DNA from: Eledone cirrhosa
Lineage: Eukaryota
Direction: 5' to 3'
NCBI GenBank assembly: GCA_964016885.1
Contig: OZ024741.1
Location: 128,278,001 to 128,342,000 of the forward strand
DNA length: 64,000 bases
The position numbers and the translations under genes are program-made. Shown here one piece after another: positions 1-15,389 of this stretch; position 1 is the first letter of the stretch; every line of letters begins with the position of its first letter. The notes under the pieces are model-generated. The model saw only the letters and a list, made by a program, of their open reading frames with translations. It had not been told where the DNA came from and searched no databases.

Positions 1-605
1 TAAGGTTTTGTATTTACATAACCATAAATAGTATAACTAATACTATATATATATATATATATATATCTACTATATAAATTGGAAGTGGTCAGATGTTGTA
101 TATTTAAGTAAGTAGGTGTAGTCGGATAAACGTCGAAATGGCTTGGTGGAATGCAGCGAAAATTTACAGTTATGCAGAATGAACGGAGGAGGCGTTGGGG
201 CTACTTTCAAGCTACAAGCTTCCATAGTTACGGAGAAAATCGATGAAACAGGAATTTTCCATTCAAATTGAACTGAGAGTAACCTATGAACGCAGAAGTA
301 AATATTTAAAGAAACGTTGCAACCGAAGGAAAACAGGAAGACGATATTTTGGTTCGTGAAGACGTTCCCTGGCAATGAACAGAAAAAAAACGAGGATAAT
401 ACGTCGTTATGTGGACCGTGAAGAACAATTTCATGCAAAGACAAGACCAAGTTTATGGTATAAATGGAGTCGTTAGACTAATATTCTATTTAAAATAACA
501 GAATGATTTCCAGCCCCGGAGTTTAAGAATGATGTAAAGAAAATTGAAAACGAAAATGACAGAGGTTATTGAAATAGTAAAAGTAAATAGTGAAGATTTA
601 GGCCA

Positions 606-1137
606 GTACATACGTATGCCCCGACGGACATACACATATACATACGCACACACAAATACATACACACCCACACACACGCACGCACGTGCGCGCGCGCATA
701 TGTATAAACCTTATGCATTTCTACAGTATTTTCACCAAACTTAAGACATAGGTTACTTATGTACTCCGGATGGTCATGGGCACTTTCATTTTTCCAGATA
801 TTTGGTTCCAGGGCCTCCCGGCAGATAACCCCCTTTAATCACTTCCTTGGAGTCGACTGAAGCACTGCAATGCAATGCAACAGAACGTCATAACTTCTGG
901 AGTTCGCAACCGATTTTCACAAAACTTGACACATGGGCTACGTTTGTCCTACAGATGAATGTGAACTCTCAGAATTGGCACATATTGAGTAGGGGACCCC
1001 TGGGGGCAGGAAACCCCTTTTGGAAAAAGTCGATGATTTTGTAAAAGTATAGTTTTCGAAGTAGCACTGAAGTATTGACATAAATGGTATACACAATTGG
1101 TATTTAATACCCGAGAAACGCCGGGTACCTCTGCTAG

Positions 1138-1138
<1 letters not shown>
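606..1138 (+). mobile_element. Non-autonomous Helitron/Helentron-like element, copy 1
   Basis: 3' end ACCCGAGAAACGCCGGGT hairpin followed by ACCTCTGCTAGT (hairpin + CTAG terminus typical of rolling-circle elements); internal CA-rich microsatellite; near-identical inverted copy at 1873-2442. Confidence 0.7.
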
Positions 1139-2439
<1,301 letters not shown>

Positions 2440-2442
<3 letters not shown>

Positions 2443-2608
2443 AAAAGTCCATTATAACGAATACAATTTTAAAGACTTTTTTTCAAACCCCGAGGTAGTA
2501 GCAAACAAATGCTCGATGTGTTTCGATCGATCTCGTTATAAAGAATTTATCGTTTCAACGAATTTATTTTATGCCCTGTGAATTTCGTTATAACGGATCT
2601 TCACTGTA
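2440..2608. mobile_element. Tc1/mariner-pogo (Tigger-like) MITE, degenerate
   Basis: Imperfect TIRs AAAGTCCATTATAACGAA ... TTCGTTATAACGGATCTTCACTG, followed by TA. Confidence 0.45.
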
Positions 2609-3062
2609 TATATATATACATATATATATATGTGTGTGTGTGTGTATTTGTGTGTTTGTTTATGTGTTTGTGTGTGTTTGTGTGTGAGTGTGTGTATGTG
2701 TGTGTATCTATATATATATGTGTGTGTTTGTGTGTGTTTGTGTGTGAGTGTGTGTGAGTATGTGGGTTTGTGTGTTTGTGTGTGTTTGTGTATGAGTGTG
2801 TGTATGTGTGTGTATCTATATATATATGTGTGTGTGTGTGTTTGTGTGTGAGTGTGTGTGAGTGTGTGTGAGTATGTGGGTTTGTGTATTTGTGTGTGTG
2901 TGCGTGTGTGAGTGCGTGTGTGTGAGTAGGTGTGCGTGAGTAGGTGTGTTTGTTTGTGAATGTGTGTTTGTGTGTGAGTGTATGTGTGTATGTGCGTGTG
3001 AGTGTATGTGTGTTTGTTTGCGTGTGTGTGTGTGTGCGCGTGTGTGTGAATGTGTGTGTGCG
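2609..3062. repeat. (TG)n-rich compound microsatellite
   Basis: Direct reading. Confidence 0.9.
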
Positions 3063-3675
3063 CATCTAAGCATGCATAAAATATGTGTTTCTGCTTCTCT
3101 AACTAGTTGTAATTTTGATGCATGTCTATATAGATGATGAAAATAGAAGTAACTCCAATATTAATAGCACTACTAAGTATTGCAAACATTACAGACAGTA
3201 TTTTTCCATACAATATAATCTACAAACAACAAACAGCATGACTGCAGCACATAGTGAGCACGTCCAGAGCTGTCATTAATAAAACTAGCAGAAAAACCAT
3301 CCCTCGGGTGGTTTTCTGCTAGCATGTGTAGTGTGTATATTGATATTATACGCAAGTATATATACCTGTAGATATGATACATCAAATAAAATCGTAATTG
3401 ACAATATATAATACATAGAAATTGAACGAAGACTGCGTTACACTGTCTTATGTAATCAGTAACGTAATCCATGATACATAAAAAGAAAGACGATATTATA
3501 TATAAACTGCATTAGGAAAAAATTAGTGACAGAAAATTAGTATGTTTATTTAAGCGATCGCCAAACGGAAGTGTTGACATTTCAGATTTTTAAAGAAGTG
3601 AATCTTTAAATAAACAAAATATATTTAATCAACAGTCACGAAATTTAGTAGAGAAATTATGTAATATTCATTCAT

Positions 3676-3860
3676 TGGATTGGCAGTATCGGTAGAGGGT
3701 CGGACGCCATGCTTTGTAGCAAAGAGTTACGGCCCTTTACGGCCTGAGTTCAAATCCCGCCGAGGTTAACTTTGCCTTTCATCCTTACGGGGTCGATAAA
3801 ATAAAGTACCAGTAATACATTGGGGTAATTGCTGGCCTTGTGACAAAAGTAGAAACAATT
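3676..3860 (+). mobile_element. tRNA-derived SINE (main family of the window)
   Basis: A-box-like TGGCAGTATCGG, B-box GAGTTCAAATCC, core GCCTTTCATCCTTACGGGGTCGATAAAATAAAGTACCAG, 3' end AGAAACAATTA; many copies in the window. Confidence 0.85.
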
Positions 3861-3926
3861 ACTTATTCAAAGTGATCCAACTTATTTTACTAATGGGATA
3901 AAAAATTGTAAACCGTACTCAGTCCG

Positions 3927-4111
3927 TGATGATGATGGTGACGATGGTGATGTTGGTGGCGGTGGTGATGATGATGATGGTGTTGGTGGTGATGATGATG
4001 GTAGTGGTGCTGGTGGTGGTGGTGGTGGTGATGATGATGATGATGGTGGTGATGATGAAGAAGACGATGATGATGATGATGATGACGGTTATGATGATGA
4101 TGATAATGATA

Positions 4112-4144
<33 letters not shown>

Positions 4145-4196
4145 GTAATGATGGTGGTGATGCTGATGAAAACGACGAATGATGATGATGATGATG
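3927..4196. repeat. (GAT/GGT)n trinucleotide repeat
   Basis: Direct reading; explains the poly-M/poly-H ORFs. Confidence 0.95.
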
Positions 4197-4229
4197 GAGA
4201 TCACCATACTAATTCTTTCTTTTTAATAC

Positions 4230-5440
4230 AAATTATATCGACACCATTAGTTAACTGGTACATTATTATATCTATTCTGGAAGGATGAAAGACAAAGTTG
4301 ACCTCAGTGGGATTTGAACTCAAGACGTAAAGGGCAGGAACACATGTCAGATCCTCTAAAGATCCTTCTCATTCATAATAATAATTGTTTCTACTTTTGG
4401 TATAAAGCCAAAAATTTGAGGCTCCAGGAAAAATGGATTAAATCAGTCACAGTATTTAACTGTACTTTATTCTATCGACCCTGAAAGGTGAAAGGCTTAG
4501 TTGACCTCGGGGACTTTGCCTTTCTTCTTTTAAATAAGGTTTCTACGTTTGGCACAAAGCCAGCAATTACCCCAGTCTATTACTGGTACTTTATTTTATC
4601 GACCCCGTAAGGATGAAAGGCAAATGGTTTCTGATGTAGGCACAAGCCAACGATTTTGCGGAGAGTAAAGTCGATTAAATCGGCCCCAGTGTATAACGGG
4701 TACTTTATTTTATCGACCCTGAAAGGTGAAAGCCAAAGTTGATCACGGCGACTTTGCCTTTCATCCTTTAAATAATAATTGTTTCTACTTTAGGCACAAG
4801 GCCAGCAATTACCCAGTTCATTACTGGTACTTTATTTTATCGACCCCGTAAGGATGAAAGGCAAAGTCAACCTCGGCGGGATTTGAACTCAGATCGTAAA
4901 GGGACGTAACTGTGCTGGAAAGCATGGCGTCCGACCCACTACCGATACTGCCAATCCACCGCCATCCTTTAAATAATAATGGTTTCTGATTTAGACACAA
5001 GCCAACGATTTTGCGGAGGGTAAATTTGATTAAATCGGCCCGAATGTATTACTAGTACTCTATTTTATCGACCCTGTAAGGATGAAAATCAAAGCTAACC
5101 TCGGTGAGATTTAAACCCAGAACGTAAAGAGACGTAATGATACAAATAATAATAGTTTCTAACATAGGCACAAAACAAACAATTTAGGAGAGGGTAAAAT
5201 CTATTAAATTAACTCCAGTGTATTACTGGTACTTCATTTTATCAACTCCGAAAGGCTAAGCTAACCTCGGTGGGATTTGTACTCATCTAACATAAGACCA
5301 ATAAGTTGACGGGAGGGGAAAGTCGATTAAATCGACCCTAGTTTATTGCTGGTACTTTATTTTATCGACTCCGTAAGGATGAAAGGCAACACTAACCTCG
5401 GTGGGATTTAATCTCAGAACGTAAAGAGACGTAACTATAA
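4230..5440 (-). mobile_element. Cluster of ~8-9 head-to-tail tRNA-SINE copies (full copy ~4775-4962)
   Basis: Repeated TGGTACTTTATTTTATCGACCCCGTAAGGATGAAAGGCAAAG and GGATTTGAACTC motifs separated by (AAT)n. Confidence 0.85.
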
Positions 5441-5635
5441 CAATAACTATAACAATAACACAAATATAAGCTGAGAAATTTAAACATTTATAGGAAGATA
5501 AAGAAAACATTTTTTTTTCTTTAGAGAAAATTAGAAAAAATCGACAAACAAGAATTAAGGAAGAAATGAAAAAATAAGAGACAGTTGCCAAAAATTAGTG
5601 ACACGGAATGGTAACTACGAGGAGTAACAGCTGTT

Positions 5636-5636
<1 letters not shown>

Positions 5637-5667
<31 letters not shown>

Positions 5668-6122
5668 TGTATGTATGTATGTATGTATGTATGTATGTAT
5701 GTATGTATGAATGTGTGTATGTATGTATGAATGTGTGTATGTATGTATGTATGTGTGTATGTATGTGTGTATGTGTGTATGTATGTATGTATGTATGTAT
5801 GTATGTGTGTATGTGCGTGTATGTATGTATGTATGTATGTATGTATGTGTGTATGTATGTATGTATGTATTAATGTGTGTATGTATGTGTGTATGTGCGT
5901 GCGTGTATGTATGTATGTATGTATGTATGTATGTATGTATGTATGTATGCGCACATGTATGTATGTATGTATGTATGCGCACATGTATGTTTGTATGTAT
6001 TTGTGTATTTGTGTATATTTCTATATGTGAATGTATGTGCGTATAAGTATATGAATATATATATAATATACATACTTAATTATATATATATATACACATT
6101 TATATATATATATACACATAAT

Positions 6123-6156
<34 letters not shown>

Positions 6157-6290
6157 AATATATATATTTATATATACATAGATACATTTATACATACACC
6201 ATACATGCATATACATATATACATACAAACATACATATAGACATATACACGCACACACATACATACATTCATACATATATTCATAAATAC
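5637..6290. repeat. (TATG)n/(TA)n compound microsatellite
   Basis: Direct reading. Confidence 0.95.
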
Positions 6291-7129
6291 CTACAAAAAA
6301 AAACGGTGTACAGATGTAAGCGAAACCATTTGGTTGTTAACAACAACAACAGATATCCATCTATTGAAGCAAACATGTAAATAAAGCCATGGGTGTGATG
6401 TGAAACATGGAACACAAATAGGGTGGAATATTACAGGGTATGAAGGAGGGGCATGAGAGCGGAACATGTGAAGAATATGTAAAGTGATTGCATAGCGGTT
6501 TTTTGGACTGTTGCCTAGGAGAGTTTCAACCAATATCCTGGAACCTTCCCATCCTATACACCTCTGTAAATAGCACTTCAGCGGAGAAAGCTTCCATTTT
6601 TGATCAGCGTTTTTATTCCAACTCCACAATACACACATTTGCTAAGTTAAATTTGAAGTCTCTCTCACGACTAGAAAGAAGTTTATAAGGCTGGATCTTA
6701 TCCAGGTTTCATGTGACGTTAAGTGTCTGACATTAGACTACCGTGCTCCTGTTAACAGAACACTAGTCTGCTGCTGACGCGTGTACCATTTCATATAATT
6801 CTATGGGAGATTCAGTGTGACAGTGTGTGACAAAGCTGGTCTTTCAAATTATATGTACAGTCAATCCAAAGGGCTTCTTCCAAATTGTTTCTGTCTATTC
6901 AAATCCACTCACAAGTCATCGATCGACCCAAGACTATGGTAAATGATACGGGCTCAAGATTCCATGCAGTGGGATAGAATGCAGGACTTCGTGACTGCGA
7001 AGCGAAATTTCTTAACTAATCAGACATGGTGCGTACATACTACAGATATAATCACACTGTGGAACACAACGGCACCATCACTATGGAAACTGAAGATTTC
7101 CATTGCTAAAAACTTCACTCTTAACATCT

Positions 7130-8195
7130 AAAGAAAGCCCTTTTATTTACAGTCATTAAGAAAGGAGAGCATAGAATTTTCGGAAACTACCGTGGCATAT
7201 CCATCCTCTCCATCCTAGGGAAAATATGTGCTAGAATACTGCTCAAGTGTCACCTTGTTGGAGAAAGTGGTATCGGAATCTCAGTATGAGTTTCGAGATT
7301 CCAGAAGAAAAATTGGCATGATTTTCTGTGCTAGACAGCTGCAGGAAATGTACGTAACAACGGAAACCTCTGTTGCTTGTATTCTATGATCTTGAAACGG
7401 CTTTCGACACCACGCATAGCTACGTAGATGGTGCTGAAACTAATCGCTTGCCTTGATCATTTTGTGGAATTCACCCGGGAACTCCATGACGGTATTGTAC
7501 GACAGGGGACATATCAAAACAACACATCAGAAGATTTACCAATAACAAATGTCTTAAAACAAGGCTGTGTACTTGCTCCAACCTTGTTCTCCCTTTACCT
7601 TGCAGCCAGGCTTCACGAAATTTTACCTGTCAGAATTGGTGTAGGAATCAAGTACCGCTATGATGGTGGACTCTACAATCTGTCCAGACTCCGATCACAA
7701 AGATTAACCAACAGGACTTACATAACTGAACTGCAATTCGCCGACAAACAATACCACACTAGCTCTCTCACCCGAAGAAATGCAGGAATTAGTTATCAAC
7801 TTAAAAACTGCGTATGATCGTTTCGAACTGAAAATCAAAACTCAGTCCTTATAAATTTCAACAAAATAATCTTCAATACACCACTGGAACAAGTAGACCA
7901 TTTCTAATAACTCCATGAAAGGTAACTCTGGGAAAAACATGAGGAACAGGATCCCATGCTGCTTTTAGGAACATTTTCCATCGTGTCTTCGGAAACAAAA
8001 ACCTGGAACTAGAAACTAAGCTTATGGTGTATCGAGCCGCGATTTTGTCCATCTCAGTCTATGGTTGGGAAACCTGATCTTTGTACTACCGGGATATCTG
8101 AAAACTGAAATCATTTCAACAACAACAAAAAACATCGATATATTATGAACATCAAATGGGAGGAATATGTCAGCAACAATGCAGTCCTTAATTGT
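7130..8195 (+). pseudogene. RTE-clade LINE reverse transcriptase fragment, frameshifted
   Basis: Motifs NYRGISILSILGK, MIFCARQLQE, LKQGCVLAPTLFSLYL, ELQFAD. Confidence 0.9.
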
Positions 8196-8494
8196 CCATT
8201 GTACAAACACACACACACAAACTGAAACAATAATACATACCTACCAATTTCACCCCATGACACACATGGAATTCGACCCCCATCCTCGAGCAACGGACTA
8301 TCCACCTACCACACTCAACCTAACAATCTTTTCCAAACTTTCATGTACCTAACTATGCAACTCGTGTCCGAAATCTCCATTTTCTGACGAAGGACTTCCG
8401 TCTGAAGCGTCGAACCTAATAGGACCACTTCCTCTTAAGCGCGATCCTGATAGGACTTTATATTTTTGCATCTCTGTGTTTGTTTTATTTGTTC

Positions 8495-8534
<40 letters not shown>

Positions 8535-8554
8535 TATATATGCATGAATGTATG

Positions 8555-8595
<41 letters not shown>

Positions 8596-8802
8596 GAAAG
8601 GTATAGAAAGTATTGTAGCAAGAAGCCAACAGTATTCCATAATATATATATATATATATATAGTTGTTATATAGTAAGGTGTATTATTGGTTGGGTAAAA
8701 CAGTCCAATAAATTTATGTTAGCAATATTAAGTTCTCCACGCTTTTGTATATCTCCAATTCCATTCAAGGGAACAGCTAGATGGTGTAAAACGGAGTATA
8801 AG

Positions 8803-9175
8803 TATCAAAATGAAAATCTGAAGGCAAGGTAAAATTCCAATAATTTTAATCACGACATATGTTTCAATAAGAGATAGATCGATCGTAAAGCCATGATCAA
8901 TTATCACTGATCTCATCAGGTGAAAATGATATGAGGGAGAAAATTAGCATTGTTCACTCACAGAGTTTATTCCCTCACAATGTTCACTCACAGAAACTGT
9001 GTGAGTGAACATTGCTAATTTTCTCCCTCATATCAAGAATTTGAAGACAATTCATTTTCACCTGATGAGATCAGTGATAATTGATCATGGCTTTACGATC
9101 GATCTATCTCTTATTGAAACATATGTCGTGATTAAAATTATTGGAATTTTACCTTGCCTTCAGATTTTCATTTTG

Positions 9176-9178
<3 letters not shown>
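8803..9178. mobile_element. Penelope-type inverted pLTR remnant with two divergent hammerhead ribozymes
   Basis: ~125-bp perfect inverted repeat; + arm TCAC-CTGATGA(9062)...GAAAC-ATAT-GTC-GTGA. Confidence 0.8.
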
Positions 9179-9239
<61 letters not shown>

Positions 9240-9243
<4 letters not shown>

Positions 9244-9693
9244 CAAAGGGCGGAAGAACTCATAAGAGTCAACGGCCATCCAAAAATGTGTAAATATGTA
9301 TATACACATGTACATATGTATGTATATATGTATATGCATGTGTGCATGTGTATGTATATGCGCGGGGACATAGAAATAGTTAGGCTGGATACCCGATCGC
9401 GCGGTTAAACTACTGGGAGTGAAGGACCCTAGCCTTTGTAAGGGCATTCTTCTAGGAGAAGGCAACTCAGGAAACTGGGACAGCTCCGACTTAAACCTGC
9501 GGCTCAGTAGTTACCGATGATGTTGATATTTTCTTCTTTTCGGATTATAGCTACTGTCACTCAGGGAGTGGGATTGGCTCAGTGCACAGTCTTTCCTCAC
9601 TTAAAAAAAAACCTTCACACACAGGAATTGCACGATAGAATTAATTAATAATCATTAATAATGGTGTATAACGATAACGAGGGGGCAGCCATC
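9240..9693 (+). mobile_element. Non-autonomous RTE-related element with (TATG) tail
   Basis: Near-identical to 41975-42425; 3' end GATAACGAGGGGGCAGCCATCATGTATG shared with 36897-36942. Confidence 0.7.
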
Positions 9694-9696
9694 ATG

Positions 9697-9777
<81 letters not shown>

Positions 9778-10021
9778 GAATAATAGAGTATCGAAAAATC
9801 GGCGCACGAGTTCACGATAAACAAAATTCGAAATGAGCGGCAGAGGGCTCAATAATTCAGATAAATCAGAGCTATAACTATCGTTAAAATACCGTCACAC
9901 ATAGAACATGTCCATAATCAACCATACGACCGAAAAATTGCGATCTGGAAGATTCGGGACACTCAGATAAAATATCAATAAATCAATAAATCAAATGAAT
10001 GTAAAAAGCATACCCGGACCC

Positions 10022-10221
10022 NNNNNNNNNNNNNNNNNNNNNNNNNNNNNNNNNNNNNNNNNNNNNNNNNNNNNNNNNNNNNNNNNNNNNNNNNNNNNNN
10101 NNNNNNNNNNNNNNNNNNNNNNNNNNNNNNNNNNNNNNNNNNNNNNNNNNNNNNNNNNNNNNNNNNNNNNNNNNNNNNNNNNNNNNNNNNNNNNNNNNNN
10201 NNNNNNNNNNNNNNNNNNNNN
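10022..10221. other. Assembly gap (200 N)
   Basis: Run of N. Confidence 1.
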
Positions 10222-10419
10222 GAGAGAGAGACAGAGGGGGACCAGCAAGTTACCGAATTTCCAATGACGTTAAATCAAGTATCGGCCTTAAAATAATTTT
10301 GAAATAAACAATGTGTATGATCAAATGTAGCGGTGATTGAAAAAATAACGTTCATTTCCATGGTATATCTTTCATCTGTCGTGGCTCGTATAAGTAACAC
10401 ACACACACACAGACACACA

Positions 10420-10464
<45 letters not shown>

Positions 10465-10476
10465 ATCTACGTATGA

Positions 10477-10524
<48 letters not shown>

Positions 10525-10593
10525 TCATACGTAGATACACACATAGGTATATATATATCTAGATCTATCTATCTATCTATCTAAATTTATCCA

Positions 10594-10685
<92 letters not shown>

Positions 10686-10728
10686 TATATATATATATAT
10701 ATATATGAGTATGGTGTTGGTTGCTTAC

Positions 10729-10823
<95 letters not shown>

Positions 10824-10970
10824 TGTGTGTGTGTGTGTACACTTTAATACAAACATATGAAGAGTAATAGATAGGTATATTCATGGAGAGTTCGATAGAT
10901 AGATAGACAGATAGATAGATAAATAGAAAGATCAATTGATAGGTAGGTAGATAGATAGTATAGAGATAAG

Positions 10971-11002
<32 letters not shown>

Positions 11003-11057
11003 TATATGCACACATATATATGCACATACACAAACGCACACACACACACATATATAC

Positions 11058-11171
<114 letters not shown>

Positions 11172-11363
11172 CATTGATAGATTGATAAATAGATAGATAG
11201 ACATTGGACGCTGTATAATTTAATGTTTCATGTGGTTAAGAATCCTTAACAATGTAAATTAGTTTCCGCTTTTGGGTAGAGCCCGTTTCATCTCTATACT
11301 GTATTCTTTTACTTGGCTTCCCACAGCAACACACACACACATGCTCTCACACACATGCTCACA

Positions 11364-11428
<65 letters not shown>

Positions 11429-11574
11429 CGCGCGCGCGCGCACGCACACAGATATATACACACACCTACAGAGACAAACAGACATACAAACAAACACAGG
11501 CAATCGAAGGATCAGGCAAAATGGGAAGCACTTCTACTACTACTACTACTAATAATAATAATAATAATAATAAT

Positions 11575-12125
11575 AATTGTTTCTACTTTTAGGCACAAGG
11601 CCAGCAAAACCCAGTGCATTACTGGTACTTTATTTTATCGACCCCGTAAGGATGAAAGGCAAAGTTAACCTCAGCGGGATTTGAACTCAGATTTGAACTA
11701 ATAATAATAATAATAATAATTGTTTCTACTTTAGGCACATGACCAGCAATTTTGTGGGGTGGGGAAGTCGATTAACTCGACCCCAGTGCATTACTGGTGT
11801 TTTTATTCTATCGACCCCGTAAGGATGAAAGGCAAAGCTAACCAGGATTTGAACTCAGACCGTAAAGGGCCGTAACTATATGCTGAAAAGCATGTTGTCC
11901 GACGCTCTACCGATACTGCCAATCCACCGCCTTATACTGATTTCTGATTTAGACACAAGGCTAACAATTTTGGTGATGGGTGATGGGGTGACAGTCGATT
12001 AACTCAACCTCAGTGCGTTATAGGTACCTTATTTAATCGACCCCACTAGGATGGCAGGCAATGTTGACCTTGGTGAGACTTGAACCCAGATAGTAAAACG
12101 CCATAACTAAATACTACGAAGCATT
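11575..12125 (-). mobile_element. Three tandem tRNA-SINE copies
   Basis: Same core and B-box as 3676-3860, separated by (AAT)n. Confidence 0.85.
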
Positions 12126-12339
12126 TTTTTTTTGACACTTCAACAATTAAGTGTAATATAATGTGGGACATGGTTGGTTGCTTTAATTACAGGTACAGCT
12201 CATTTTGCCAGCCGAGTAGAATGGGAAAACGTGAAATAAAGCGTCTTGATAAAGAATACAACGTTAGGGGAGCCGCACTCACGAGACCTTACGATCGTGA
12301 ACTGAACACCCTAACAACTAAGATAACTTAAATAGGTTT

Positions 12340-12850
12340 CGGCCAATATAGGCCCCGCCATGTCGAACCTAATGGCACCACCTGATGGAGTCTTTTAGAT
12401 CATGTTTCGCACATCAGGCATACTTTGAACACCATGGCCCACTCTAGTAAAGAGTTATTGTTTTCAGAGACATATCCGGGTGTAGGGGCTTTGTCCTGGA
12501 TTTCTTGAAGAAATTTGTCCAGGGTTTTTTGAAATTTATATTTGTTTCATACTTTGGTATGATATTAAAGAGAGCTGGGCCGGTTAAGGTGAAATAGTTG
12601 TGTCGTAATGTTTTATGAGTTGCGGATTCGATTGTTGTAGTAGTCGGACGGCACGGGGACCAAGCCTTGGGTGGATTTAAACTTGGTGCCAACATCATTA
12701 GGACAATATTGGTGGAATGTTTTCCACATCATGCAAAAGTTGTAGCGCTCACGGCAGCGTTGGAGAGAGTAGAGTTTGTGTTTCTTTATTCGAGTCCAAA
12801 AGTCAAGGCCTGTCATGCCGTCTATCTTTTTTGTTATTGACCTCTGGAGT
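12340..12850 (-). pseudogene. CR1-group LINE ORF2 C-terminal fragment
   Basis: WTRIKKHKLYSLQRCRERY...WK and GPALFNIIP motifs. Confidence 0.75.
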
Positions 12851-12853
12851 GTT

Positions 12854-12929
<76 letters not shown>

Positions 12930-13262
12930 GTTAATCAATGAAAGAAACGAAACACAGTAGGTAATTTTACTCATTTTGATGGAAGTGGAGGTTTCAACGT
13001 TTCAGGCAGAATTCCTTCATATATATATATATATATAACAATTAAGTTAAAGATGTACATCCATATATGTATACTGAAATACTAGTATGTATATGAATAC
13101 ACACACGTATACATATGTAGATGTACCAAGTTTTTTTCACTGGTCATTTTACTGTGAGTGGCCAGCTATTCTGTATGTAAACACACAGACAAACCGGTTT
13201 TTAGAGTCATACTGGTTTTTGAGGAAACACCTTTCCTCTATTCTCCAGAAAGCCAGACAAGG

Positions 13263-13307
13263 AATATTGAACTAGTTTCGTTGTTGTTACAACTCATCAG
13301 CAATATT
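13263..13307 (-). ncRNA. Type I hammerhead ribozyme (array A, inverted copy)
   Basis: Reverse complement reads AATATTG CTGATGA GTTGT AACA ACAAC GAAA CTAG TT CAATATT. Confidence 0.88.
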
Positions 13308-13651
13308 TACCTATCTTCCGGCCTCTCTAGAGAATCGTAAAAGCACATATCGTTATATGCTTTTTCTATGAAAATTAGTAGTGGGCAGACTAATTTGCAT
13401 AGAGTGTGAGTAAGTACCGGTTCAACGGAGACGATAAAAACAAACTTAATTGTTTAAGCGTCAGTCATACAAAAGTGAGTTACAAACGAAACGAAATTTA
13501 ATTTCGTTTCGTTATTTGTTTTTATCGTCTCCGTTGAACCGGTACTTACTCACACTCTATGCAAATTAGTCTGCCCACTACTAATTTTCATAGAAAAAGC
13601 ATATAACGATATGTGCTTTTACGATTCTCTAGAGAGGCCGGAAGATAGGTA

Positions 13652-13696
13652 AATATTGCTGATGAGTTGTAACAACAACGAAACTAGTTCAATATT
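13652..13696 (+). ncRNA. Type I hammerhead ribozyme (array A; further copies with CTGATGA at 14126, 14595, 15063)
   Basis: Stem I AATATTG/CAATATT, core CTGATGA, stem II GTTGT/ACAAC, GAAA, palindromic ACTAGT stem III, predicted cleavage after GUU (13689). Confidence 0.9.
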
Positions 13697-15389
13697 CCTT
13701 GTCTGGCTTTCTGGAGAATAGAGGAAAGGTGTTTCCTCAAAAACCAGTATGACTCTAAAAACCGGTTTGTCTGTGTGTTTACATACAGAATAGCTGGCCA
13801 CTCACAGTAAAATGACCAGTGAAAAAACTTGGTACATCTACATATGTATACGTGTGTGTATTCATATACATACTAGTATTTCAGTATACATATATGGATG
13901 TACATCTTTAACTTAATTGTTTAAGCGTCAGTCATACAAAAGTGAGTTACAAACGAAACGAAATTTAATTTCGTTTCGTTATTTGTTTTTATCGTCTCCG
14001 TTGAACCGGGTACTTACTCACACTCTATGCAAATTAGTCTGCCCACTACTAATTTCATAGAAAAAGCATATAACGATATGTGCTTTTACGATTCTCTAGA
14101 GAGGCCGGAAGATAGGTAAATATTGCTGATGAGTTGTAACAACAACGAAACTAGTTCAATATTCCTTGTCTGGCTTTCTGGAGAATAGAGGAAAGGTGTT
14201 TCCTCAAAAACCAGTATGACTCTAAAAACCGGTTTGTCTGTGTGTTTACATACAGAATAGGCTGGCCACTCACAGTAAAATGACCAGTGAAAAAACTTGG
14301 TACATCTACATATGTATACGTGTGTGTATTCATATACATACTAGTATTTCAGTATACATATATGGATGTACATCTTTAACTTAATTGTTTAAGCGTCAGT
14401 CATACAAAAAGTGAGTTACAAACGAAACGAAATTTAATTTCGTTTCGTTATTTGTTTTTATCGTCTCCGTTGAACCGGTACTTACTCACACTCTATGCAA
14501 ATTAGTCTGCCCACTACTAATTTTCATAGAAAAAGCATATAACGATATGTGCTTTTACGATTCTCTAGAGAGGCCGGAAGATAGGTAAATATTGCTGATG
14601 AGTTGTAACAACAACGAAACTAGTTCAATATTCCTTGTCTGGCTTTCTGGAGAATAGAGGAAAGGTGTTTCCTCAAAAACCAGTATGACTCTAAAAACCG
14701 GTTTGTCTGTGTGTTTACATACAGAATAGCTGGCCACTCACAGTAAAATGACCAGTGAAAAAACTTGGTACATCTACATATGTATACGTGTGTGTATTCA
14801 TATACATACTAGTATTTCAGTATACATATATGGATGTACATCTTTAACTTAATTGTTTAAGCGTCAGTCATACAAAAGTGAGTTACAAACGAAACGAAAT
14901 TTAATTTCGTTTCGTTATTTGTTTTTATCGTCTCCGTTGAACCGGTACTTACTCACACTCTATGCAAATTAGTCTGCCCACTACTAATTTTTCATAGAAA
15001 AAGCATATAACGATATGTGCTTTTACGATTCTCTAGAGAGGCCGGAAGATAGGTAAATATTGCTGATGAGTTGTAACAACAACGAAACTAGTTCAATATT
15101 CCTTGTCTGGCTTTCTGGAGAATAGAGGAAAGGTGTTTCCTCAAAAACCAGTATGACTCTAAAAACCGGTTTGTCTGTGTGTTTACATACAGAATAGCTG
15201 GCCACTCACAGTAAAATGACCAGTGAAAAAACTTGGTACATCTACATATGTATACGTGTGTGTATTCATATACATACTAGTATTTCAGTATACATATATG
15301 GATGTACATCTTTAACTTAATTGTTTAAGCGTCAGTCATACAAAAGTGAGTTACAAACGAAACGAAATTTAATTTCGTTTCGTTATTTG

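Noticed and set aside
70-600. 126-aa minus ORF and purine-rich plus strand
   Set aside because: No recognisable motif; plus frames contain stops
3676-3765. tRNA gene
   Set aside because: The A/B boxes belong to SINE heads; there is no cloverleaf and the SINE core follows
13158-15205. Repeated 60-62-aa ORFs (MASYSVCKH..., MYMNTHTY...) in array A
   Set aside because: They are antisense to the ribozyme strand, short, disrupted in one copy and show no recognisable domain
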